A stretch of 64,000 nt of DNA from Octopus sinensis (taxonomy: Eukaryota). The notes under the pieces were generated by a model. The model did not search any database, was not told the DNA's origin, and saw only the letters and a program-made list of their open reading frames with translations. The first letter of the stretch is position 1, and every line of letters begins with the position of its first letter. The stretch spans positions 3,162,001 to 3,226,000 of the forward strand of contig NC_043024.1 in NCBI RefSeq assembly GCF_006345805.1, read 5' to 3'. A program made the translations under genes and the position numbers. Shown one piece after another: positions 49,213 through 61,689 of this stretch.

Positions 49213-49848
49213 TGTAGGGAAATGTGAATATCTTCTCCGGACCTTGGGGGTGCGAGAAGCAATCACTTTCCGTTGCTTTTATATCCAGACTCTACCAGTC
49301 AAAGAAACACAAAACGCAGACGTAAAAAATAGATATACTTTATTGTTTTATGGTGAGAGATCAGTGGTATATCTGATGTCCTTGGTTCTGGGCGCGCAAG
49401 GCTGAAAGTTGATCGATTGTAATATTTACAATGTTCAGCCGCTAAAAACAGAACGGGTCAAAAATGGCGTCCGGAGGAAGAAGATGATGTTGTCTGCAAC
49501 AATTCAGGTTAAAAGTCTTCGGCCAAAAGACTGCTGCTATCAAAACCGGAGAGAGAGCGAATTAAACGTCTGCTTCTATGAAAAGCCTGCCGCTGTCTCC
49601 CGGACGCTAATGGTCAACGCTTTACGCTCCCTTGCCTCTTTGTTAAGGCTCGCGCTCCCTTGCCTCTTTGTTAAGGCTCGCACTCCCTTGCCTCTTTGTT
49701 AAGGCTCGCGCTCCCTTGCCTCTTTGTTAAGGCTCGCGCTCCCTTCGCCTAAATAAGCTAAGGCCACGTCAGCAAAATTCCCTCTTCCAGACTTCGTGTA
49801 TTCGCGAGAGGGCGTTGCGCGCACGCGCTGTTGTATAGGATCACTACA
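49213..49848 (-). repeat. 3' LTR (636 bp)
   Basis: Matches 54129-54736 except ~5 substitutions and one extra 28-bp unit. Confidence 0.98.
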
Positions 49849-49850
49849 AA

Positions 49851-49860
49851 GCTCCCCTCC
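49851..49860 (-). promoter_or_regulatory. Polypurine tract
   Basis: GGAGGGGAGC on the minus strand, next to the 3' LTR. Confidence 0.85.
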
Positions 49861-50127
49861 AGTGCCTAAGCACGAACAACAATTCCTTGTAGTGACCATA
49901 AAACTCAAGGTGGACACCAGATAACCAAAAATAGCACACAATATAATACATTAAACAGCAAAAAAAAAAATTCACCTTAAAGGTAAAAAGAGTATAATAC
50001 TCAAAATGAGCAAAGTTCAATGAGTATTGAACTGTCACTGGGAAGTCAATTGAAAATGTCAAATATAAATAGTTTTGGAAAGTCTTTTCGGCCAGTGAAC
50101 AGTTCTGCCTGACCTCGTAACATAAGG

Positions 50128-53100
50128 TCAGTTCGAGGCAGGCTGCGACGACGAAGGTGGTGTTGTCGATGTTGGTGTTGATAATGGTGCATGTGTAAAT
50201 AGTGGTGTTGTCAAAGGTGCATGTGAAGGTTCAACGATGGTTGTGGCAGTGGGGTCATTAAAAGATGTGGACACCTCAAAATATGCTCTTTTAAGACGAT
50301 CTACGGAGACGGTCTCCGAACGACCGTTAATTTCAAGTTTGAATACCTTCGGCGTGCGAGAAATCACACGAAAAGGTCCTTTATAAGGCGAAACAAGAGG
50401 TCCTTTGACAGAGTCATCACGAATAAAAACATGCGTCCAAGAATTAAGGTCTGATGGCACACTAGAAGGAGGATTTTGGTGTCGAGGGTCCATAGGAGGA
50501 AGGGCAGAAAAATATCTGCGTAATCGAGCAACATAAGACTCTAAATTAAGAGACTGTGACTTGTCTGGCACCAACATCGTACCAGGCAATGCCAGTGTGG
50601 TACCATACAAGAGCTCGGCAGACGAAAAACCAAGGTCTGCTTTAATCGCAGTCCGACATATAAGCAGGACGATCGGTAGAAATTCAGTCCATGACTGTGG
50701 ATTCGGCGAGGCACGCAAAGCGGCCTTAAGTTGCCTATGGAAACGCTCCACCATCCCATTAGAAGTGGGGTGGTAACTTGTGGTGCGTATATGATGCATC
50801 CCCAGGATTCGTGATAACTCACGAAACAATGCAGACTCGAATTGTCGACCACGATCTGTGGTTAAACTGTACGGTACACCATACCTCGAAATCCAATTAG
50901 ATACGAAAGCCCTCGCAACAGTTTCAGCTGACATGTCTGCTATAGGAATAGCTTCCGGCCAGCGTGAAAAACGATCAATACAAGTTAAAATGTATGAGAA
51001 CCCGCGACTCACAGGCCATGGTCCAACCAAATCAAGGTGGATATGACGAAAACGGGCTTCAGGAGAGGAAAATTGTCCAAGTGGAGCACGAACGTGTCTA
51101 TGGACTTTAGCACTCTGGCACCTCAAACAAGAGCGTGCCCAAGAGGTAATTGATCGTCGCATATTGGGCCAGAAAAACCGAGCAGTAACAAGCTTTACTG
51201 TGGCAGGGATACCTGGATGTGACAGTGAATGAAGAGCATCAAACACAGAACGTTGATGTTTCTCAGGTACTAATGGTCTAGGTGAACCGGTAGAAACATC
51301 ACAAAGAATAGAGCCTTCCGCTGTAGGGAGCGGAAGGTAGACAAACTTACAGTTAATAAACTTAGGCGAAGTTAAATCCAACTCCTCTAAAGGTGGTTGA
51401 TCCTGCGAAATAGCAGTTAAATCAATTGCTGCAGGAGAGGAAATGGAATTGACAGGGAGTCTAGAGAGAGCATCTGCAGGGATGTTCTCACTGCCTGGCA
51501 CATGCCTAATGTCACTTGTAAATTGGGAAATATAGTCCAGGTGACGGAAAGCACGCGGAGAGAGTTTATCCGTTTTAGAAGATAGTGCAAAAGTAAGGGG
51601 CTTGTGATCAGTATAAATCACAAACTCTCGTCCCTCGAGCTGGTGTTGAAAATGCCGAACTGACAGATAGATCGCTAGTAACTCTCGATCAAAGGTACTA
51701 TATCTGCGTTCAGCTGGCTTTAGCTGACAAGAAAAGAAAGCTAAAGGTTTAACTTCACCCTCTACGGTGTGCTGCAAAACAGCGCCAATTGCAGACTCTG
51801 ATGCGTCCATAGATAAAGTAAGTGGAGCATTAGGAGCCGGATGTGCCAAAATAGGGACTGAAGCTAGTTCCTTTTTAACCAACTCAAAGGCAGACAGTGC
51901 TTCAGCCGAAAGAGTAAGACGGGCGTCCTTCTTGGAATTGCCCTTTAGCATTTGTGTTAAAGGTAACAACTTGTCCGCACACCGATCTATGAAACGTCTA
52001 TAGAAATTTACTATGCCTAAAAAATGGCGAAGTTGACGCAAAGAAGAAGGTGGTGCGATGCGCTGAATAGCATCGACTTTGGATGAGAGTGGTTTGATTC
52101 CTCTCGAGTCAATATAATGACCGAGAAAATTAAGAGATGGTTGCCCAAAAACACACTTGTCTGGATTAATGCGAACACCATAGTCGCGAAGACGCTGAAA
52201 AAGCTGAGACAAGTGCAGGAGATGATTTTCATGTGTATCACTTGCGATTAGAATATCATCGACATACGTGAACACAAATTCAAGTCCACGAACAACTTCA
52301 TCTATAAACCGTTGGAAAGTACTAGTGGCATTCCTCAAACCGAAACTCATAAATAAAAATTCGAAACAGCCAAAAGGAGTAGTAATTGCTGTTTTAGGAA
52401 TATCGTCTGAGTTGACCGGTATTTGATGGTAGGCACGTATCAGGTCAACCTTAGAAAAAATAGTACAGCCATGTAAATTTGCCGAAAAATCGTTTAAAAT
52501 CCTTATGGGATATTTGTCCGGAATCGTCATCGAATTTAGACGCCGATAATCTCCCACCGGGCGAAAATCTGTATCCCCTTTTCTTACTAAATGAAGGGGA
52601 GATGCCCATGGACTGGTGGAGGGGCGTATCAGACCGAGCTGGAGCATATGCTCAAACTCAGCCCTAGCAGTTTTAAGTCGATCAGGTGCAAGACGCCTTG
52701 GACGTGAAAAAACAGGAGGTCCAGTTGTTGTTATAAAGTGACGTGTCGAATGCAATGGATTAGCCACCCTAAAGGTAACATCATATAGCTCTGGAAAAGA
52801 AGCTAAAAGAGAGTGAAAAACATCTCCAGATGTACCGACAAAAAATGTCGGGCTAAGAGCTAAATTGGTAGATTCTCCGGTCGGCGTGGAGAGTGTAGTC
52901 GAACTATCGACCAACCTCCGTCTGACATCTACCAACAAATCAAATTTATCCAGAAAATCCGCACCTAAAATAGGATGCGGAATGTCGGCAATGACAAAAA
53001 CCCATTGAAAGTCTCGTCGAAGACCAATATCAAGGTGCAACGAGATCTGACCGAATGTGGCTATTGGTGACGAGTCAATAGCGTGCAAGATGACGTTAGA

Positions 53101-53286
53101 TCGCTTTGGCCTGTCGGTTGTGCAACGCAGAGGCCAAATACTACAACAAGAACCAGTGTCCACCATGAAGTTTTTCTTCGACACTAGATCTTTAACAAAG
53201 AATGCACGATAACCAGAAAATGTTGTGGAAGAAGTTGACGTGCTCAAATTCTCCAAATCTAGTTTAAAGTGCATGGCTGTGTGCAC
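50128..53286 (-). CDS. pol: Gypsy pol polyprotein (PR-RT-RNase H-IN), 1052 aa, uninterrupted
   Basis: VDTGS, DYRRLN, DL..AYHQIP, YVDDILI, DAS..AIGAVL, TDHKPL, H-H-C-C zinc finger, D-D-E integrase core, YKGPF. Confidence 0.98.
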   Translation of the reverse strand: MHTAMHFKLDLENLSTSTSSTTFSGYRAFFVKDLVSKKNFMVDTGSCCSIWPLRCTTDRPKRSNVILHAIDSSPIATFGQISLHLDIGLRRDFQWVFVIADIPHPILGADFLDKFDLLVDVRRRLVDSSTTLSTPTGESTNLALSPTFFVGTSGDVFHSLLASFPELYDVTFRVANPLHSTRHFITTTGPPVFSRPRRLAPDRLKTARAEFEHMLQLGLIRPSTSPWASPLHLVRKGDTDFRPVGDYRRLNSMTIPDKYPIRILNDFSANLHGCTIFSKVDLIRAYHQIPVNSDDIPKTAITTPFGCFEFLFMSFGLRNATSTFQRFIDEVVRGLEFVFTYVDDILIASDTHENHLLHLSQLFQRLRDYGVRINPDKCVFGQPSLNFLGHYIDSRGIKPLSSKVDAIQRIAPPSSLRQLRHFLGIVNFYRRFIDRCADKLLPLTQMLKGNSKKDARLTLSAEALSAFELVKKELASVPILAHPAPNAPLTLSMDASESAIGAVLQHTVEGEVKPLAFFSCQLKPAERRYSTFDRELLAIYLSVRHFQHQLEGREFVIYTDHKPLTFALSSKTDKLSPRAFRHLDYISQFTSDIRHVPGSENIPADALSRLPVNSISSPAAIDLTAISQDQPPLEELDLTSPKFINCKFVYLPLPTAEGSILCDVSTGSPRPLVPEKHQRSVFDALHSLSHPGIPATVKLVTARFFWPNMRRSITSWARSCLRCQSAKVHRHVRAPLGQFSSPEARFRHIHLDLVGPWPVSRGFSYILTCIDRFSRWPEAIPIADMSAETVARAFVSNWISRYGVPYSLTTDRGRQFESALFRELSRILGMHHIRTTSYHPTSNGMVERFHRQLKAALRASPNPQSWTEFLPIVLLICRTAIKADLGFSSAELLYGTTLALPGTMLVPDKSQSLNLESYVARLRRYFSALPPMDPRHQNPPSSVPSDLNSWTHVFIRDDSVKGPLVSPYKGPFRVISRTPKVFKLEINGRSETVSVDRLKRAYFEVSTSFNDPTATTIVEPSHAPLTTPLFTHAPLSTPTSTTPPSSSQPASN

Positions 53287-53677
53287 CTATGTGCATTCTC
53301 TCCATACTTGGAGTGGTACCAACACAGTCCAGACTTAGACTGTGTTGATCTCGAGGATGAACGACTTCGACTCTGCGATTTTGAAGATCGCTTACCATCG
53401 CGACACATCGCGTCCATCCTTTTAGTGAGGTTTTCTATTAGTTTAGAAAGCCCCTCAATTGAGGCCGAAGAAGTTTGTGAACAGGCACAAACAGACCGTG
53501 ACGATGGTTGAACGGCAAATTCAACCATCTTATCAGCCATCGTTGCTATTTGGTCCACTGAATTTGTCTCTAAGCCGGCTGCTCGGGAGTAATACTTTGT
53601 GCACGAAATTGTGCCTCTAACTGTGAAAACCACAGTGTGGCATCACCTGTAAAAGTAGGTAACGAACCCATAAACAT
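53259..53677 (-). pseudogene. gag: gag with an internal deletion and frameshift
   Basis: N-terminus MFMGSLPTFTGDATLWFSQLEAQFR..IT joins out of frame at ~53588 to ..[23 protein letters not shown] (C-X2-H-X9-C-X3-C). Confidence 0.85.
53262..53268 (-). promoter_or_regulatory. -1 frameshift slippery site U UUA AAC at the gag-pol overlap
   Basis: TTTAAAC directly before the gag stop (TTA AAC TAG), with pol open in the -1 frame. Confidence 0.8.
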
Positions 53678-54115
53678 TTTGTAGCCTTTTATTCACTAGA
53701 TGACTCTGTCAAATGGAAAAAAAAAGAAAACTGACAACGAACCAACGCTGAACAGACACAACAAGGAAAAACAAAGGGAAAACAAAGAAAGGAAGAAAGA
53801 AAGAAAGACCAACAATTGAACCAATAAATTTTGAATGTGCAATTTACAAAAAAAAATGGTTTTTTTTGTTTTTTTTTGTTTGTACTATGTGCACAGAGAA
53901 TAGAAAAAAATTCTTTTCTTTTTTTTGTTTTTACCAACCTTCGTCGCGTTTTAATCGATAAAAAAATTTTTCTTCTCTTTTTTTTTTTCTTCCGTGTGTG
54001 AGTGCAGATGAAGAAACAAACTGTTGAAAGGGACTGGAAAACAGGTTGGTCGTGTTTCAGACTTGGCAGAAAAACTGGATTTTTTTTTTTTTTTTGTTGA
54101 GTGTTCTCTGGAACT

Positions 54116-54127
54116 TCGGGGTCACCA
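54116..54127 (-). promoter_or_regulatory. Primer-binding site complementary to the tRNA-Trp 3' end
   Basis: TGGTGACCCCGA, 1 nt inside the 5' LTR. Confidence 0.9.
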
Positions 54128-54128
54128 C

Positions 54129-54736
54129 TGTAGGGAAATGTGAATATCTTCTCCGGACCTTGGGGGTGCGAGAAGCAATCACTTTCCGTTGCTTTTATAT
54201 CCAGACTCTACCAGTCAAAGAAACACAAAACGCAGACGTAAAAAATAGATATACTTTATTGTTTTATGGTGAGAGATCAGTGGTATATCTGATGTCCTTG
54301 GTTCTGGGCACGCAAGGCTGAAAGTTGATCGATTGTAATATTTACAATGTTCAGCCGCTAAAAACAGAACGGGTCAAAAATGGCGTCCGGAGGAAGAAGA
54401 TGATGTTGTCTGCAACAATTCAGGTTAAAAGTCTTCGGCCAAAAGACTGCTGCTATCAAAACCGGAGAGAGAGCGAATTAAACGTCTGCTTTTATGAAAA
54501 GCCTGCCGCTGTCTCCCGGACGCTAATGGTCAACGCTTTACGCTCCCTTGCCTCTTTGTTAAGGCTCGCGCTCCCTTGCCTCTTTGTTAAGGCTCGCGCT
54601 CCCTTGCCTCTTTGTTAAGGCTCGCGCTCCCTTCGCCTAAATAAGCTAAGGCCACGTCAGCAAAATTCCCTCTTCCGGACTTCGTGTATTCGCGAGAGGG
54701 CGTTGCGCGCGCGTGCTGTTGTATAGGATCACTACA
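54129..54736 (-). repeat. 5' LTR (608 bp)
   Basis: TG...CA termini; direct repeat of 49213-49848. Confidence 0.98.
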
Positions 54737-55050
54737 CATCCTTCCCGTCTTCAACTTATGATACACACGGACTCGAGTTTCTGAGTATTGACCTGTCATC
54801 GGCGTGTGACAATCACAGTTGTCAATGAGAAGTAGGTTCCCTTCACAAATACTTAAACCTTTTTCCAGTATCGGTAGACACTGATATCGAAAAAAATATT
54901 ATTGTTAATAATCTGTAATAATATCAGTGACTGACATTCGTAAAATAATCATAAAGGCAAAATTATCGATTAATAATGAAGGGTCTACTTAATAATGATG
55001 GGTACTACTTCATAAGTAGGTCTACTTAATAATGATGGTACCCTTCATTA

Positions 55051-55093
<43 letters not shown>

Positions 55094-55129
55094 TATATAT
55101 AATATATATATATATATACATATGTATGT

Positions 55130-55445
55130 GAAGGCACATGGTTTAGTGGTTGGGATATTCAACTCATGATCATAAGGTTGTGAGTTCAATTCTTGGTGAT
55201 GCATTGTGTCCTTGAGCAAGTCACTTTATTTCACATTGCCCCAGTTCACTCAACTGGCAAAGATGAGTTATACCTGTAATTCAAAGGGCCAGCCTTGTCA
55301 AATACTGTCTCATGCTGGATCTCCCTAAGAACTACCTTATGGGTACACATGTTTGTACAGTGCTCAGCATGTTAATTTCATGAGCAGGCTGTTCCGTTGA
55401 TCGTATCAGCTGGGACCCTCGTCATCATTACCAACGGAGTGCTCC
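55130..55445 (+). mobile_element. SINE family D, full copy
   Basis: tRNA-like head GGCACATGGTTTAGTGG..GAGTTCAATTC followed by the shared body. Confidence 0.8.
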
Positions 55446-55477
55446 TTACAGATGTATATATACATATGTATATATTA

Positions 55478-55880
55478 TAGGCGCAGGAGTGGCTGTGTGG
55501 TAAGTAGCTTGCTTACCAGCCACCTGGTTCTGGGTTCAGTCCCACTGCGTGGCATCTTGGGCAAGTGTCTTCTACTATAGCCTCGGGCCGACCAATGCCT
55601 TGTGAGTGGATTTGGTAGACGGAAACTGAAAGAAGCCTGTCGTATATATGTATGTATATATATGTGTGTGTGTATGTGTGTCTGTGTTTGCCCCCCCCCC
55701 CTAGCATTGCTTGACAACCGATGCTGGTATGTTTATGTCCCCGTCACTTAGCGGTTCGGCAAAAGAGACCGATAGAATAAGTACTGGGCTTACAAAGAAT
55801 AAGTCCCAGGGTCGAGTTGCTCGATTAAAGGCGGTGCCCCAGCATGGCCGCAGTCAAAAATGACTGAAACAAGTAAAAAA
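55478..55880 (+). mobile_element. SINE family A, full copy
   Basis: Family match. Confidence 0.92.
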
Positions 55881-56107
55881 AAAAATATATATATATATAT
55901 ATATGTTGTGTGTGTATATATATATATATATATAAATTTAAGTCACAATATACGGATTTAATTAATCTGGTAGTACTCATAAAAAAACTCCTTAATGTAT
56001 CATTCTATAAAACATATAAGATATGTAGTAATATACAAGAGAAAAGGATAAGAAGTGTATAAAGTTTATCAAAATATTCCTGTCATTTATGACTTTATAT
56101 ATATATA

Positions 56108-56520
56108 TATAGATGTACTTGCATAGCAAGTGATTTGATCTGAGATCATGTGCTGGAACGGAAACAATTGCAGCGTGGAAGGTGTTTGTAAGCCATTTAA
56201 GAAACACACAAAAGCCGTTCGATTCACTTCAACATTTAAGTTTAATTTGTCAAAATATTTTTGGCGCTTTAAGACCGCGACATGTTCACTGACAAAAATC
56301 TGTGCTGCATCCGAGAAAGTAACAGTTAGTTCATTATATATATGTACATATGTATGTGTGTATGTATGTATACACGCATGTATGCATGCATGCATGTATG
56401 TATGTACGTACGCCTGTATCTATGTATGTGTGTGTATATGCATGCACATAGACACTATAAACTTAAAGCTATAAACCTGTAGTGATGGATAGATGTAGAC
56501 TGACCACTCATCACAACAAT
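56108..56520 (+). repeat. Foldback family F half copy plus extension, duplicated at 58001-58380
   Basis: Shared GAGAAAGTAACAGTTAGTTC...GACTGACCACTCATCACAACAAT. Confidence 0.8.
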
Positions 56521-56559
56521 TTGTTTATTGTCCAATGAATGAGGGGTACTCATAAGTGG

Positions 56560-57320
56560 GCTGGTTACACCCCACGCTCGGATGTGTTTTTAATGTTCCA
56601 CTGGTATGAGTGCCAATCAGGCAGTACTGTTATTGGCCATGTCAGTGATTTTGATTTCACTTGCTTCAATAGGTCTTCGCAAGCATAGTTCATTGTTCAG
56701 TGAATGAACAATAGGCCACAGGCTATGGTCTCACTTGGCTTGTCAGGTCTTCTCAAGCACAGCATATCTCCAAAGGTCTCGGTTACTAGGCCCAATGACA
56801 AAGGTTGTGCTTCACCACCTCATCTCAGGTTTTCCTGGGTCTACCTCATCCACAGGTTCCCTCAACTACTAGGGTGTGAAACTTTTTCACACAGCTGTCC
56901 TCATTCATTTGCAACACATGACCATACCAATGCAGTCGTCTCTCTTGCACACCACATCTGATGCTTCTTAAATCCACTTTTTCTCTCAGGGCACTTACAC
57001 ACTGTCGTGTATGCACATTGACATTACACATCCAGCAGAGCATACTGACTTCATTCCTTGCAAGCTTATGCATGTCCTCAGCAGTCATGGCCCACGTTTC
57101 ACTGTCATGTAGCATGGCTGTTCATATACATGCATCATACAGTCTACCTTTTACTCTGAGCGAGATGCCTTGTCACCAGCAGAGGTAGGAGCTTACTGAA
57201 CTTTGCCCAGGTTATTCTTATTCTAGCAGCTACACTTTCAGAGCATCCACCCTAGCTACTGATTTGGTCCCCTAGGTGATGGAAGCCATCAACTACTTGT
57301 AGTTTTTCTCCCTGGAATGT
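56560..57320 (-). mobile_element. RTE LINE 3' fragment
   Basis: MLHDSETWAMTAED..MLCWMCNV..RRLHWYGHV. Confidence 0.9.
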
Positions 57321-57497
57321 GACAGAAGCTATTCTCTGCACATTTTCAGTGTTTATAGCACCTGAGCATTTGCCACATACAATATATATATGTCATTTAT
57401 ACTATAATACCTTTCTCTATTCTATACAATAATACTATTGCTTATGACCAGATAAATAACAATCAATTATTAATAAAAATACTGTTATTATTATTAA

Positions 57498-57530
<33 letters not shown>

Positions 57531-57964
57531 GCTTATCAATAATAACAATATAATTATATTTATAGTAATCTTCACTAGATCATACATATAAAAGATTCTA
57601 ACATATCAGAAAATTATGATACAAGATTAAATATATATATATATTCATACATATAATATATGTATACAAATATAAATGCATATAAACATATAACATACAG
57701 TTAGAATATGGTTATCAGTGTTTACATCCTAATACAAACAAAATCAATTGTAATATCCAAAATGAATAATATTTATCTTTTCGTCAAAGCTGAAGTTAAG
57801 CCACAATAATTATGCTCAATGTTATATTAATTTTAAAAATTTTCAAAATTACTGGGGGTTAGGGAGCAGTTATTTTAAATCATAATCTATTTCCAAATTG
57901 GCTAACATTATAATATCCGAAAGTTGATGAACAAACTAAATTTGTTTCTCCATTTTCTTATTTG

Positions 57965-58002
<38 letters not shown>

Positions 58003-58464
58003 CAATTGCAGCGTGGAAGGTGTTTGTAAGCCATTTAAGAAACACACAAAAGCCGTTCAATTCACTTCAACATTTAAGTTTAATTTGTTAAAATATTTTC
58101 GTCCTGTTCACTGACAAAAATCCGTGCTGCATCTGAGAAAGTAACAGTTAGTTCGCTATATATATGTACGTATGTATGTGTGTATGTATGTATACACGCA
58201 TGTATGCATGCATACATGTACGTATGTATGTATGTATGTATGTACGTACGTATGCCTGTGTGTATGTATGTATGTATGTATGTATGTATGTGTGTGTATA
58301 TGCACGCACATACACACTATAAACTTAAAGCTATAAACCTGTGGTGATGGATAGATGTAGACTGACCACTCATCACAACAATATCAAATTTCAAGCATCA
58401 GATGTGGTGTGCAAGAGAGATGACATGTGTTGCAAATATATATATACATATATATATATATATA

Positions 58465-58742
58465 TGTGTGTAAAATTTGAATGAAATTGGTTGTGTAGTT
58501 TTCAAGTTTTAGAGAATCGTAGCGGAGAAGATATGATATTGCTGTGGGCTCGCCCTAGGCAAAAAGTAGGCATGTGTAAAATTTGAATGAAATTGGTTGT
58601 GTAGTTCTCAAGTTTTAGGGAAACACACAGACAGACACACATTCTCAGTTTTATATATACTCTAATATATAAAACTGAGAATGTGTGTCTGTCTGTCTGT
58701 GTGTTTCCCTAAAACTTGAGAACTACACAACCAATTTCATAA
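58465..58742. mobile_element. Head-to-head Helitron-like H1 5' ends
   Basis: TTCTCAGTTTTATATA-TACTCTAA-TATATAAAACTGAGAA inverted arrangement. Confidence 0.65.
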
Positions 58743-58816
58743 CTTAGATCATGTATTAGCAATTTCTCCCATTCTAGTGGGGTTTTCAAATCGAACTAAG
58801 TTCCTGTGAAAAAAGT

Positions 58817-58850
<34 letters not shown>

Positions 58851-59390
58851 ACCCATGCTAGCATGGAAAGCAGATGTTAAACGATGATGATGATATATAA
58901 TATATATATGCATTCATGTGTGTATTTTCTCATGTATTATACACACACATATATGTAAATGTGTGTGTGTGGTGTGGGTGTGATCAGGAAACCCAACATA
59001 AAGGCCATTCTATATTGACAAAAGCTCCAACTATCCAGAATACAGACAGCTCTTGTAAACATCTGATATTATTATATGTACATGTGTGATGTGTGTGTCT
59101 GTGCATATAAGTCATTTTATAAAGATTTATTGTCTTTTTCGTGGTTAGACGTTTTGTTCATGTCTAGTCACTCCTTGTTGGTTTACTTCGACAGGTTGCC
59201 ACTACCACTAACTAGGTTTAGTGTAACATTAAATAAATTAACGGTGCTTATGTTTGTGAGAGACTTTTAGATCAAATTCTTTGTGTGGGTGACACTTTTA
59301 CTATCATTTTCTGTGTGATATTGTTGTGTTCCTCTATCTTACAATATACACCTTATTGCAGGTGACTGACTTTCTTTTGTCATATTCATA

Positions 59391-60271
59391 TCTCTATATA
59401 TATAAAACTGAGAATGTGTGTCTATCTGTCTGTCTGTCAGTGTGTTTCCCTAAAACTTGAGAACTACACGACCAATTTCATTCAAATTTTACACATGACT
59501 TACTTAGGGCCCATGTAGTTTCATGGGCAAAATAAAATGTTCAACTTCTTGCCTAGGGCGAGCCCATAGCACTATCATATCTTCTCCACTATTTCAGTAT
59601 TACGTGTTAAAAGTGAAACAAAAACATTTCTCTATTTTATGTCAGATACTTTCACTGTAACAATAAAAATTAGAGATAATAATAACAATTGAATTATATG
59701 TAGTAAGTAATAATTAAAATCAAACTAAAGTATAATATAATCATAACATAATAAAAGTAAAAATAGCAATTGGTATAAAATTGCAACAATGACTTGAACT
59801 TGAATAAGTGGTTTCACATGAATGGGAATAAATTAAAAATAAAATTAGCGTGCAGAAATGGAATAATCCACATGGACTATTATATATAAAGGACTATAGC
59901 TTCAACTGCATACTGTTTTTTGATTCACTGTAAGGTTTGTTATTATTATTACTGTTTAATATTTTATTTTTAATTTATTCCCATTCATGTGAAACCACTT
60001 ATTCAAGTTCAAGTCATTGATGCAATTTTACACCAATTGCTATTTTTACTTTTATTATGTTATGATTATATTATACTTTAGTTTGATTTTACTTATTACT
60101 TACTACATATAATTCAATTGTTATTATTATCTCTAATTTTTATTGTTACAGTGAAAGTATCTGACATAAAATAGAGAAATGTTTTTGTTTCACTTTTAAC
60201 ACGTAATACTGAAATAGTGGAGAAGATATGATAGTGCTATGGGCTCGCCCTAGGCAAGAAGTTGAACATTT
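59391..60271 (+). mobile_element. Helitron-like H1 copy that folds back (arms 59535-59845 / 59961-60271)
   Basis: TCTCTATATATATAAAAC 5' end; 311-bp near-perfect inverted arms with a 115-bp spacer. Confidence 0.75.
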
Positions 60272-60965
60272 GTTGGTTCCTCGTAAGGGAAACGTTGTTG
60301 TGTTGCATTTGTTAAATAATTGTAAACTGTAACCCTCCCCCTTTGGGAGAAGGAGCTTTGGTTATTGTTTAAAAATTGAATTGTGTCCCTGTTTGGGGAA
60401 ATTAACAATATTTTCACCATTTACACAAAAGGATTTTTGTTACAATGCCTTCGATAGAAGAAAGTCCAAAAATGAATTTCGCTGTAGCCGCCGGCAGGCG
60501 CGAACTCATTAAAATTAAAATGGAAGAAATACAAACCTATTTTGAATTGATCACCAACAAAGACGGTGAATCTAGGATAACACCACCAAACGAAATAAAA
60601 AATTAAATTAAAGACTATTGTCTATAAAGTATACAATATAGAGAATAAAAAAAGATTTGAACACCTGGAGGAAAGCACCATCGAAAAGTGTCTTGGTGCG
60701 ACTATGAAAGATATCTAACCAGAGGCGGTAAATTCGCCACAATAGAAGCAAGGTTCGAGTCAACGGAGCGTGCAAGGGAGTACTCGTCTCGAGCCTTGCA
60801 AAGTGGAAATATTTTATTTTCACCTTTATATCTGGGAAGTAGGACGTCCCAGATAAAAATTAAAAATGTCCCCCCCACAGAAGTAGAGGTAGGCTGGATT
60901 GTAGCCACACTTCTATACAAGAGGGAGGACAAGATACAATTGATCGAAATTGCAAGAGACGGGCT
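60272..60965 (+). mobile_element. Isolated LINE 5' end / decayed ORF1 (L1/Tx1-like)
   Basis: Broken frame from MPSIEESPKM (~60447) to ..GKFATIEARFES..LYLGSRTSQIKIKNVPP.EV.VGWIVATL, an RRM-like ORF1 pattern. Confidence 0.5.
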
Positions 60966-61129
60966 TACAATTCCAGTCTGTTATATATTTTTAGTATTGT
61001 TATCACTAGCGATATCAAGATATAACTTTGAATTTTGTATTTTATGTGTAGATGTATATATATAGGTGTACATGTAATATGTACACATATATACATGCAC
61101 TAGCACTATGACCCGGCAATATATATCCA

Positions 61130-61509
61130 TCCAGACCTTCATCAACAAATGTCTCCGGCAGATCCTCCATCTGAAGTGGTTCAACAGAGTGCCAAACACC
61201 GACCTGTAGGAAAGGGCCAACCAAGAGCCCATACATGTTCTGATTAGACGAAGGAAATGGAGATGGATCGGGGACACACTGCAGAAAGAACCCTCAAATG
61301 TGACACGACAAGCACTTGATTGGAACCCACAGAGGAAAAGGAAGCAAGGATGCCCGAAGCAGACATGGAAGCAGAGCATTTTGGACGAGCTCTGGACCAC
61401 CAGCCTGACATGGGAAGCAGCCAAGAAACACACCAATGACCGCAAAAAGTGGAAAACAACTGTTGAGGCCCTATGCTCCACAGGCGAAAAAGAATGAAGA
61501 AGAAGAAGA

Positions 61510-61510
<1 letters not shown>
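61130..61510 (+). mobile_element. RTE LINE 3' end (third family), (GAA)n tail
   Basis: FINKCLRQIL..W..RRRKWRWIG.TL..TRQALDWNPQ.KRK.G.PK.TW..VEALCS. Confidence 0.9.
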
Positions 61511-61540
<30 letters not shown>

Positions 61541-61689
61541 TGTAATATCTAAGGGTCTATGATCTCACAAATCTTGGCTAAGTTTTTATTCTCCATTGAT
61601 GTGCTGAAGGATATATTTTTGACCTTTCTCTTGTTTCAGGCTACAGTCACACTGGGTTACCACTTTGGTCACTTGGATCCACACTGGGT

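Larger units (their letters stand above)
49213..54736 (-). mobile_element. Ty3/Gypsy LTR retrotransposon, CsRn1 clade, recently inserted
   Basis: LTRs TGTAG...CTACA, 4-bp TSD CATC (49209-49212 and 54737-54740), tRNA-Trp PBS, CHCC gag motif, PR-RT-RH-IN order. Confidence 0.98.

Noticed and set aside
49409-49702. 97-aa ORF duplicated at 54325-54618
   Set aside because: It lies in the LTRs, antisense to the element, and has no motifs; the duplication simply reflects the LTR pair.
49071-54817. Solo LTR (TGTGA...TCACA) as the target of the Gypsy insertion
   Set aside because: No matching TSD and no second copy in the window.
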